Shown here one piece after another: positions 24,635-35,438 of a DNA stretch of 64,000 bases. The notes beneath the pieces are model-generated. The model was not told the DNA's origin. It was given only the letters and a program-made list of their open reading frames with translations, and ran no database searches. Source of the DNA: Adineta vaga (Eukaryota > Animalia > Rotifera); assembly GCA_021613535.1 (NCBI GenBank), contig CP075496.1, forward strand, positions 806,001 to 870,000, read 5' to 3'. Within the stretch, counting starts at the first letter, position 1. Every line of letters starts with the position of its first letter. The translations under genes were made by a program, and so were the position numbers.

Positions 24635-25776
24635 ATGAAATTAAGAAAACGATCATTAAATAAAGATTGTCAAAGTTATTCAAGAAAATCTCCATTAAAA
24701 AAATTAAAAAATGATTTCTTCCAACAAAAAAGTCATATAGAAGATTTATGCGGTGAAATTTGGTTTGAATTATTTGCTTATTTCGATGGTCATTCATTAA
24801 TTGAATCATTTTCTTCTTTAAATTCAACAATTGAATCTTTATTAAATGATTCTCGTCTTCCAATACATTTGAATATTTTCGATTCAAATTCAATTCTTCC
24901 ATCTCCAATAAATTCTAATCAAATTGTTTCACTTCATATCAATTATTCTTTAATTAAAAAGAATTATTTTATTGATCTCAATTCATTTACTCGTCTTCGT
25001 TCATTGAGTTTATTTTATATCAATGAAGAACAATTAGAAAATTTAAGTAAAATTTCATTGAAAAATCTTGAACAAATATCGATTGAATCAAAAATAACCA
25101 AATTTATTTTGAAATTTTTATTAATTTATTTTCCTCATGTTAAACGAATGAAACTTAATTCCATAGGAAGAGAATTTCTCTTAAAAACTTTTCATTATGA
25201 ACGTATTTCAAATCAAATTCAATGTTTAATACTTGATGGAAAAATAAAATTATCAAAACTCTTTCGTCTTTGGCCTTTTGTAAGATATTTTACTTTCTTT
25301 TCTCAACAGGATTTTGTTTTCTTTTTATTTAGCTTCCAAATCTACGTTCATTTTCCATTCTTAATGATGGAATTCATCAATGTGATTATTGGATCGATGA
25401 AAAGATTATTTCACGACAAAATTTCCCAGAAAATTTATCGTTTATGCATGTAACAATCTGTGATGATGATATGAGTTTTTGTAATTTCGAACGTTTAATT
25501 CCTAAAACACTTCGTTATTTAATTGTAAGTGGTTCAATAGCTGATGATGATTTTTCCGAATATTTATCATCAAATAATTGGCTTCGATTAATCTCAAATT
25601 GTTCATCTAAACTTCAACGTATACAACTTGATTTAACATCATATTTTGATCCGAATGATGCATCTGGTTTACAGAAAACTTTATCGAAATTTCGAAAGAA
25701 TCCTTTTTTTCGTCATACATCTATTCAAAGTAAAAACTTTTTCTTAACCGTCCAAGGATTTATTCAATCAGAATGA
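24635..25776 (+). CDS. F-box / LRR-like protein
   Basis: Exons 24635-25279 and 25333-25776 (phase 0). F-box-like HIEDLCGEIWFELFAYFDGHSLIESFSSLNSTIESLL, then LRR-like segments. Confidence 0.82.
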
Positions 25777-25885
25777 ATTTTGTATATTTTGTTTTAAATG
25801 TTGTCAGATAAACAAAACAAACGGAATATTTTTTGTTATTCTACTTGTTTACAAATACAGTATGAAATCATGTATTCTTTTCTAG

Positions 25886-27094
25886 ATGACGGAAGAAAAT
25901 TCTAATGAATTGATTTCAACTATATTAGATGAAACAAAGCCAATGAAACGTCCGTATATCAATAGATCAGATTCAACTGTAGCAAATAAACGAAATAAAC
26001 TAATGAATATGGTTTTTTATGATGGAAAACGTCATCCTGCTGCCGTTCTTCATGAACTTCATCCGGAAATTTCATTTAGTAAATATGTTTTTCAAGCAGA
26101 AGAAACTTCAATAAAACAACCACGTTTTCGTTGTTCATTAACAATCGATGCACATGTTGATGAACCAATACATGTCACAGGAGTAGGAAAATCAAAACAA
26201 TCAGCAAAAAATATGGCTGCACAGGTTTGATATGCATATTTTCTTTGTTTACACAAATCATCACACCTATCCTATCAGAGTAGATCTTCTCTCAGAGAGT
26301 TTGTTTAACTTGTACTCAAAGTAGTATGTTATATTTGCAGACTTTCTCTCATTCATTCGAATTACATTACTACCCATATTTTCCATATGAAGAAAAAGAA
26401 TATTCAATTTAAGCTTTTGATTGTTTTTTCTTTAGCAAGCTTTAATAAAATTATATCCAACTTATCGTCCACCTGAAGAACATATTCTCACTGAAGAAAT
26501 TGATACATATCAGCAAACGCGATTTGTAACAACACGTCCATTATCATTACAAAATGATCCGACAGTATTACTTGAATCTATTCGAAAACATTTAACAATT
26601 AAATCGATTGCAATTAAAACACCTTTACAATTATTTCATGAATTATTTATTAATAATCCACGTTTAAATTCTTCAACAGTCTCAAAAAATCGTGTTGAAT
26701 TCATCGAAAACGATGAAAAACTTGTACTTGTTCGTGCAACAGCTATGGATCAACAATTTTGGAGTGTAAGTGCAGCAAAAAATGTTGCACAAAATGATGC
26801 ATGTCAATTGGCTATTGAATCAATATGTAACGTTTCTTTTCGCCAAGCAAAAGGTATGATAATAAACAGTATTATATTGAATCTACGTGTATTTTTCTTC
26901 TTAATTCAGAAGAATTTATTCGTGCACTTCAATCAATGAATAAGATCATTTTACCGGCTGAAGTTCAGATGGATACTAACAATAACGATAATGATAACAA
27001 AAATCAAGCTGTAGAAGATTTACAACCTACAATAGAAATAACGAATCTTCCTGGCCTTTCGTCATCATTTTTGCTACCTCCGGATGAAAATTAA
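25886..27094 (+). CDS. Protein with two double-stranded RNA-binding motifs (dsRBM), no catalytic domain
   Basis: Exons 25886-26224, 26436-26853, 26910-27094. dsRBM1 HPAAVLHEL...PRFRCSLTI...GVGKSKQSAKNMAAQ|QALIKL; degenerate dsRBM2 KTPLQLFHEL...SAAKNVAQNDACQLAIESI. Confidence 0.8.
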
Positions 27095-27412
27095 ATTCAA
27101 AAACAAAATTCGAATCCAACAGAACTAAAGTTGTTGTTTTAAAATTTTAATATTTAAATTTTTTTCTCGTTCCGTATTCAATTGTATAGTAATAATACAG
27201 AATACAATATTTCAGTTGACATTTAATATCAATTTTTATTTCCATCATTCATAACGTAATATATTAAACACTAATCTATTTAGATCATGATAAACTAAGC
27301 TATTAGAATATTATAGACCGAATTGATGGTAGAAAATGTCAGTAGGAGGCTTTTACTATCAACCATCTTGAGGTGTCAGCAGTCTCATTGTCTCATACCC
27401 TTGCCTCAGACT

Positions 27413-27538
27413 CGCACCCACACCCTCAACCACACCCACACCCACACCCTCACCCTCACCCTCACCCTCACCCACACCCTCACCCACACCCACACCCACA
27501 CCCTCACCCTCACCCACACCCTCACTCACGCCCACACC
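27413..27538 (-). repeat. Interstitial telomere-like tract of mixed (TGTGGG)n/(TGAGGG)n hexamers
   Basis: About 20 tandem CCCACA/CCCTCA units on the + strand. These are the hexamers reported for bdelloid telomeres. Confidence 0.8.
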
Positions 27539-27649
27539 AAAACTAACTATTGCCATTGGTAAATTCACGGATTTATTCATCGATCCATCCATAAATACTT
27601 AATATCTAGCAATTTCTATGCTAAGGTACAGTGAAAAATCACTCATATA

Positions 27650-29400
27650 CTACTTTAAACCAGATTGTTCATAATTATTCGAGTTATATAAAAATGAATT
27701 GGTTTCTTCATAGTTTATATGCAATTGTACAAAGATGTTCCCATCTCTTACATATGGCGAATTGGGTTTCGTTAGCTTTTCAGTCGCACAAAAACGAGGA
27801 ATTTGATATGGTGGATTTGTAGCGTTTTGTGGCTTATCAAATATTGCAGATTGAGAGTCAGGAGCAATCCAATGAAATATATCATTTTTTTCGCCAGATA
27901 AATCCATAAGACTGATTTTAATCGAATAAGGAAATGGCCAAAACAGAATTGCGTCATAGTCTCCACGAAAAATCGCAAATGAAATTTGAATATATGGGAT
28001 GTTAGTATATTCATCCATTCTTGAACTGACAGTGAATCCAAACCTATACCCAAACTGCGTGGATTGAATTGGACCAGATTGTACGGTCGGTAACTCATCA
28101 TTTAATAGAACCATTAGAGCAACTTTTAGTAAAAATACGTCATTACTATCCATTACCTTAACACTGGTGTTATTTTTGTTTTGGATATCCTCGATTAGTT
28201 TATTCATTGCACTGAATATTTCCTCAATATTTTGCCTAAGCTTTATGATATTAGCATGTGGTTCATTATTTTTCCTCAATTCTTCCCATATTTTCGCGCA
28301 TACTGTTTCCATCATTTGTCGTTTGGAATTAACGTCATTACAATCATTACTTACCAGTAGAATTTCTTGTATTATAGACTCCACTCTTTGTTGATATTCC
28401 TCTAAATTATGTTGATTTTCTTCCTTGATGCGATTTTGCAATGCAAAAATCCCACTCTCATCATTCTCATCGATACACAATTGTTCAACACAAGACAAAA
28501 CAGAATTTTGATGTTCATTTGATAAACGATGTTGTTCACTTTTGGAATATGGGATCTAATAGTAAAAATCAATAGTAAGTGAACGATTCTATTAACGTGA
28601 CTTTGACGGTTTCGTGCGAAAGTGTTGACGTCACGAATTGGATATTAGTTTTTTAGACTGAAAGTTATTTAATATTTATCCTTGAGTCATGCGAGTGACT
28701 TTGTATCGTTCATATAATAGAATATCCAGAATCATTCAAATAGTTTTAAAGATATTATAAGTATGTCAAAGTTATAGGTACCTAAATTGATGGATTTAAA
28801 TACTGATAATTTACCTTATTGGAACATCCATAGTCCACTAGTGGACATGAAACGGTGCGATGTATACACCTATATTGTTCATGAAATTCTAGTTGAAATT
28901 TATTAACAAACGCTTTTTTACAATGTATACATTGTAATTCAGCGTGTGTTTCGAGATGTTTCTAAAAGATATTTATATTTTATAACAAAAGTTAGTTTTT
29001 CCTAGATAATTATACTCGTAAGTCTTTTAGGAGACCCTTCCAACTTGAACCACATTCAGAACAATTTATTTCTTCTTTTTCTATTTCACGCCTATAGCCT
29101 TGATCAAGGGTGGTCTAAATATTGATTATACCGTTAGATTTAATAGAATCAATGTATTATAATTATCCTACATCTGGTTTTACAAAAGAGCAAGATGGGC
29201 ACTTCCATTCAGTATCTCTAAAATAGTAAGTTGGATTGAATCTATTCAGATAGAATAATTGATCAATATTACTTGTCGAACTCTACGCATGCACCACATA
29301 TCCGCTCACCGCAGCAATTCAGTTGGTAGGGTGGATAAAGCTGCCAAAAGCATCGACGACATAACCACTTTTCATACTTCTTATCCGCTACATCTGACAT
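27650..29400 (-). CDS. TRAF-family protein (RING, TRAF zinc fingers, coiled coil, MATH domain)
   Basis: About five exons. RING WLCRRC..QLYPPYQLNCCGERICGAC...WKCPSC; LDQGYRREI....INCSEC..WKG; Zn finger CIHCKK...HEQYRCIHRTVSCPLVDYGC; MATH GYRF...ISFAIFRGDYDAILFWPFPYSIKISLMDL. Confidence 0.88.
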
Positions 29401-31034
29401 TCGGCTGGCTATGTATAAAGCAAAGGAGGCGTTGTCATGATTTATATAACGACGAAGAAAAACCAAAAATTTTCCAACATAAAACCGATAAGGGATGTGA
29501 AGTGGCGTCCGCTTCGTGTTTTTTCACACACTGAGAACGATAGAAAAGTTTCCTTTTAAAGAGCTTTGAGACTGGTGAAAGCAAAGGCTCAAAATTGTAT
29601 GAATGAGCTATGAAGTTCTCGTATCAGGTTATGTTTAGTATATGGCCCTCATCTATCAACAGATCAATCTCAATTCACTAACTTCACTTCCATGCCCATT
29701 TATAGATTCTTGTACTATAATATCTATATCTACACTAACCCAAACTCTAAAAATACTATAATACTTAAACTTTCGTTCACCCACACCCATTACATAATCA
29801 TTCTATGCGTTGCATAGTAATGTTAAATATATTCTTTTTCTCATTCGATGACTTAGTGCACAGCAAACATGTTTCGTTTCATGAGATGAATCATAGTTGG
29901 AAATAATAACAGTAACAAACAGCATTAGGATAAAGGTATGAAATAAACTATTGAGAAAAGCTTTATAAACTTACACAAGGTAGACGGTTGACGTTCTTTC
30001 CAAGTTTTCGAAAACAAAAAATGACTACATGGTATCCTTTAGGTTAATTTTTTCCAACTTATACTTACTTGGAAAATTCCAACTAAAATATTTATCCTAT
30101 TACTCATACATGCTTTGTATTTATGTTTTCTCATAACAACGCTATCGATACTTCAAAAAAAAACATAAGAGACCTACTTTTTATTAACTTTATTTCCAGT
30201 AATTTCATAATTACAAATTGACAAAATGAATTAACTTATTTACGTAGGCAACTCAATGAAGATTTTGTGAATGTTATGAAAAAGAGAAGTGCGAGACATT
30301 CCTTTGATTTTGAATACAAACAACTTGATCATATTCGATATAACAGATCCATTGTTGATTCTAATTAATTTTTATTATAATCAACATTTGATATCCTAAT
30401 TATTCATATATTTCTCAAGAAAAGGAGTCTATTTTTAGATAAAGTGTTATGAAAAATAAAACAATATTATTGTCCTTGTGCCCAGACGACATAAGTAAAT
30501 ATAAGATAAAATAAAAATGCAAAAAAACGAATACTTGATTATACATTACGATCAATGAAATCATCAAAAGAGTGACATAAGTTTTATTTAATATTAATTC
30601 TTCATTGATTTTCAAAGATTCTTATTCCTTAATGATCAAATTACAAAAATAAAACATTTCTTTTCGACATTCTATCAGCAAATAATATCTTAAGAAAAAG
30701 AAATTATGTAAATTTTATTTCCAACTTCTATATTCCTTGAAAAGAAATATTGTTTGATATATATTTATTTATTATTTTCTTTATTGCAATCATTTCGAGG
30801 AAAAAACAGCCAAGAAACATAATATTCGACGAAAAGTCTATTTACTATGGTTTGCCTTTTTCAGCGAAGAACCTGACATTCTCGCAAAAAACCGCTATCC
30901 TTTTAAAATGAAGCATTTTCATCATTGTTCTACGAGACTGTCGAGAAAATTTTCTTTGCTTCTTTCAAATTCTTTTAATACAAAAAGAACAATAGGAAAT
31001 AAATGAGCGCTTGACTTTTTCGAATCTATTAAAT

Positions 31035-32246
31035 ATGTTAACAACTTTTTTATCGATTGTAATTTATTTATTTTTCTTATATTATACAATTGAAAAATGG
31101 AAAATCATTTGTCGTCCATCAGTTAATGATACAAATGATAAATCATCTAATAATATTCAATATATTCCATTAGATAATTCACATGATGAATTAATCGATG
31201 ATCTTAGTGATTCTATTGATATTCATAATAATGATCAACAAATAACTTCTTGGTACGATAGTCATTTAGATAAATCATCTGACCAAGAGGTATCAGATTT
31301 AACACATGATACAAGTAAAGAGGATGCTTATGTACCGAAATCATTAGACTTAGAAGATTCGATATATGATGATTTTGAACCGATATCATCATTACACCAG
31401 AATAATGATGAAGAATTCGATTATTTTTCATTAGAAAAAGTTTCATCTAATCAACTTCCACCAGGTATTATTAAAAAGAATTATTCATATTCAGATCAAA
31501 TTAAATTAATTCAATTATATCAAAGTCATCACATACACGATACAAAACAATTATTTCAATATCTTGCACAACAAATTCATCATAGATTAACAAATTGTGT
31601 TTTTAATTTTGGTAAATGGTTAACTAATCCTCAATTAGATGAACCAATATTTTATCGAAATTGTGTTCCTTGTACAAATGCTGTTGATCTTAATCTACAA
31701 AGTTTATTTGATCATATTAATCAAAATAAAAAATTAGAACATTATTTTGTCAATACTTGTGATAAACAAAATCAATGGATTTCATATATTAGTGATATGA
31801 AATATTTATCAAATAATTTAAAAAATATTTCATCATTATATTTTACAGATATTATACGAAAAGATCTTCTTCCTAATCAAAGGTTCAAATTTCTCTATCA
31901 AAAAAAAAAAGATTCGTATTTGATAATATATCTATTTAGATATGTTTTTCAAGGTATTGTTAGATCTAATCATGGAAATAATCAGAAAGGTTTTTTTCAT
32001 GTTTGTAATTTAATAAATGATGAAAATGATCATACATGGATTATTGATGGACAAATTGAAAGAGTTTTTTATCTAAATAATACAGATGATGTTAATAAAC
32101 TTAATCAAAGATATCGTCCAGATTATATTGCACGTGCTCAAACTGGATCATTTCGACCTTCAACAATTGTCAAATCTCAAGAATCTTTTCAACATCAACT
32201 TGAATCTGAAGATGATTCAATTGATATATCTAGTTTGATATATTGA
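31035..32246 (+). CDS. N-terminally membrane-anchored papain-fold toxin-like protein (Tox-PL / glutamine-deamidase type)
   Basis: Hydrophobic N-terminus LTTFLSIVIYLFFLYYTI, acidic low-complexity linker, then RNCVPCTNAV ... GIVRS..GFFHVCNLI....TWIIDGQ. This is the NCxxC / HxxN / DxQ Cys-His-Asp pattern. One in-frame 57-bp intron at 31883-31939; ~384 aa. Confidence 0.7.
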   Translation: MLTTFLSIVIYLFFLYYTIEKWKIICRPSVNDTNDKSSNNIQYIPLDNSHDELIDDLSDSIDIHNNDQQITSWYDSHLDKSSDQEVSDLTHDTSKEDAYVPKSLDLEDSIYDDFEPISSLHQNNDEEFDYFSLEKVSSNQLPPGIIKKNYSYSDQIKLIQLYQSHHIHDTKQLFQYLAQQIHHRLTNCVFNFGKWLTNPQLDEPIFYRNCVPCTNAVDLNLQSLFDHINQNKKLEHYFVNTCDKQNQWISYISDMKYLSNNLKNISSLYFTDIIRKDLLPNQRFKFLYQKKKDSYLIIYLFRYVFQGIVRSNHGNNQKGFFHVCNLINDENDHTWIIDGQIERVFYLNNTDDVNKLNQRYRPDYIARAQTGSFRPSTIVKSQESFQHQLESEDDSIDISSLIY

Positions 32247-32621
32247 ATCGAATTCTAATGATTATCAGAAATGACTTCAACATATTCGATATTAATTTTA
32301 GTTGAAAACAATTGTAAATCATTTGTTATAATGTTTAGTTGTAGTGTGATGATCGATTATTCTTTCTTTGTCATTCTTTCATCGACGCATTTCCAGCTGT
32401 CCAACTCAAATAGATAATCGTCACATAAATGAGCGCCATCTCTTTATTTCTTCACTAACTGCATGATATCATACAATAATGGAACTAGTGTCGTCTTTCA
32501 ACTGACCACAACCACAATTAGACTAATTAGGCAGCATTATTCTTCTTTTCTCTAGACAAAAATCAGTCGAATAAATTCATTGAACAAGTTTTATTTCATT
32601 TTATTTCCATTTTTTTTCAAA

Positions 32622-33468
32622 ATGACGTGTTTATCTTTCACAGATATATTTTTGAATGCTATGCATTTCAACGACGATCAAGGGCTTTTACGACGAACAT
32701 GTAGTTTATTCTGCCCTCAATTTTATGATAATCAAATTCGATATTTTACAGTTGGTGGATATGCATTGATATTTCATCGATTCGTACGAAATACGATGGA
32801 TATTGACATAGTGGTGCACGAAGATGATTTCCAGAAAGCTACCGAAGTAAGTAAACTGAATTTTTATAATAAGTTCAAGGAAAAGAAAGTTTCCTAATTC
32901 AACTGATTGTTATCATTAATTATAAAGATTTGTCTGATATGTTTTAGATTATTATTGCCGCTGGTTTCGACAAAGTTCTTGGTGATGGATTGTGTGCAAG
33001 GTTTAATCACAAGTATTACTTGTCGGTCGATATTCTCACAGCACCAACATATGGTCCTATTCCAAATGAACAAAATCGAATTAATGATCGAGGAATATTT
33101 TTTTGTGATTTTCCAAGTGAGTATCTCAACACTATAATATTGTATACAATATTTGACATTTTTTTAGTATTGGTTTTGACTAAATTAAATGCATATGCTG
33201 GTAGGCCAAATACAAATAAAATGTTATATAAAAAATCACAAGGTAAGGTTCAGGTGTAATGAATAAATGTTCACTTCAGTTTTATTTTGATTTAGATCGT
33301 ACGGATTTGATTTATTTAATAGAAAATAATGATTTGGATGAAGATTATGCAAAGAATAATCAATTTGGTTCTTTTGCTGAATGTGTTTATGAGAAATTAC
33401 ATCGTGATATGTATAATGAAGTGAAGCCATCAAATAGTAAAAAGAAACAAAAATGCTTGTGTCAATAA
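32622..33468 (+). CDS. Pol-beta-superfamily nucleotidyltransferase of AbiEii/DUF6036-like type with C-terminal polybasic CaaX motif
   Basis: Exons 32622-32846, 32948-33116, 33168-33242, 33296-33468 (213 aa). Motifs VGGYALIFHRFVRNTMDIDIVV, VDIL, and KLNAYAGR...KSQDRTDL. Ends SKKKQKCLCQ*. Confidence 0.8.
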
Positions 33469-34198
33469 ATTGTGATTTCCTTTATATATCTTGTTTGTTT
33501 TTGTGTATTATGTCTGATATACAAGTTCTTTTTTTCTCTTCATCTCATCAGTCTTTCTTACTCTTGTCCATGTAGATAACTTTTCGATTTTCTATTTTAT
33601 TTATCTTTAATATTAGCTCAAATACTATTCTATAACTTATATTGTTTCATGTTGTGTTGTTTAAAAAAATGTGATATTATCAATAAACTAATGGATCAGT
33701 AGTTGTGGATTCGGATGTGAATGTATCTTTTTTGAGCCAATGCCCATATCTCATATTTCTTCTCTGCAGCTGGAAGGAAATCATTACTGTTGATAATGTT
33801 TTGTGTAGAAAAGAAATTTCAAAGTTTTATATATCCTAATTCATTTATATTCGGACTCATAGTTACAGTTTTAGCCTTGTAATTACATCATCATCATAAT
33901 TATTATTTGTAACTTCGTTATGAAAACGTGTATTCATATATCATTTATAACATTTTATGAATAATACAATAGAGATATGCAAAACAAAGATACTAAGGTA
34001 TTATCGATTAAAAAATCAAAGAAAAACAATGGATTTGATAGAAATAAGCATACGATCAGAATTTCTAGTATTCTAATTTATTCTTTTTGATGAGAAAAAA
34101 AGAGATTGTTAAAAGAATGACAAGCTGATAGATAAAATACGAATGTGTTCTTATGTATATTTTGCATAAGAATAATTAAAACATCTTCGACGAGTCTA

Positions 34199-34753
34199 TT
34201 AAGATTTCTTTACGAATTCGTGGATTGAATCATCACATGCACCCTTTATACCTTTGGGAAATAAAGTATCAACGACTTTATTTCGATGAGCTGTTTCTGT
34301 CTCCACTAGTTTTTCAATCTGTTCGATCTCTGAATCCTCTAACTTCATAGATCGACCTAATCGATAAACTGCATTTCGTTCTTCTTTATGTAAATCACCA
34401 TCAGCACTAGCTGCTTGAATTGCTTCAAATATAATTGCTCGAGATACTTCGTGAGCAAATGTTGGTCTTACATCCAATGTTGCATCAATTTCTGCTTTAC
34501 TTGGATTATAATTTTTGAAAAAAGTATACATATCATCAGAACCACCTTTGGCTAAGAAATTACCTAAAATCCATTTACGTTCTTCATCAGCTAAAACACC
34601 ATCAGCTGCAGCGACATTCATTAATATCTTTGTATATTCACAAACAAGCATATTACTTGGTCTCATATCACTGTGCCAAAAGTGTTTGAATATCCAATCA
34701 CCAACGACATCACGTAGAGTGACAGTACTTGCGGTTGTTAATTCCTTTGCCAT
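34199..34753 (-). CDS. TerB-like (tellurite-resistance/stress-family) protein
   Basis: Intronless 184 aa with two TerB-type helix-loop motifs: ILMNVAAADGVLADEERKWI and AIQAASADGDLHKEERNAVYRLGRSMKL. Confidence 0.8.
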   Translation of the reverse strand: MAKELTTASTVTLRDVVGDWIFKHFWHSDMRPSNMLVCEYTKILMNVAAADGVLADEERKWILGNFLAKGGSDDMYTFFKNYNPSKAEIDATLDVRPTFAHEVSRAIIFEAIQAASADGDLHKEERNAVYRLGRSMKLEDSEIEQIEKLVETETAHRNKVVDTLFPKGIKGACDDSIHEFVKKS

Positions 34754-35284
34754 TAATAATATGTAGTGAAAAGATGAATACCAATCACACGATTTATATA
34801 TAATAGCAAGATGAGAAAAATAAATAGAAAAATATGATCAGAATTTTCTGTCTTTTGTTTTAATTTCTTTGTATAAGAAATATTTAGTTATACTTCATTG
34901 CTTTTGTTTATGTTACACAAAGGTAGAATATATTATTCGATGACATTCAGTACAAAATCAAAAATTTGATTAGATATAATTTTATCGTTCTTTTATCATA
35001 TGTATTTATAAGCTGGATGAGGACATTTGATTTGACATGTATTATAAACATTCTTTCAATGAAAACAATATTTTTTGTTTTTCATGGCAAAAGGATATTT
35101 TTTCAAAAGGAAAAGGCCTATCAAAATAAATCAAATAGCAACATATCATAAGATTATACTTTCAAAATACATACCTTGAGTCGAAATGCGATAATTAATC
35201 TAATTCATATTCATCTAAAATGGCTTAAAGATGTAAAATGAAATGTTCTAGTGAATAAGCAATTGTTTTTGTTATATAGTTTTC

Positions 35285-35357
35285 GCCGCGGTGGCTCAGT
35301 CGGTAGAGCGTCAGTCTCATAATCTGAAGGCCGTGAGTTCGATCCTCACCCGGGGCA
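35285..35357 (+). tRNA. tRNA-Met (CAT), elongator type
   Basis: GCCGCGGTGGCTCAGTCGGTAGAGCGTCAGTCTCATAATCTGAAGGCCGTGAGTTCGATCCTCACCCGGGGCA folds as a cloverleaf with anticodon CAT and TTC in the T loop. An oligo-T terminator follows. One G4:G69 acceptor mismatch. Confidence 0.93.
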
Positions 35358-35438
35358 GATTCCTTTTTTTTTTCATTGATTTTGTTAATGATATAAGTAA
35401 CAGATGTTTCAATGATTATTTTTTTATTTTTCGAAATC

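Noticed and set aside
27323-27592. ORFs with THTHTL / GVGEGEG repeats
   Set aside because: They are translations of the telomere-like hexamer tract.
30071-30080. kappaB-like GGAAAATTCC between TRAF and the toxin-like gene
   Set aside because: A single imperfect 10-mer in AT-rich DNA is expected by chance.
31035-34753. Bacterial contamination explaining the toxin-like genes
   Set aside because: Two of the three have spliceosomal introns, composition is broadly similar to the host, and they are contiguous with metazoan genes.
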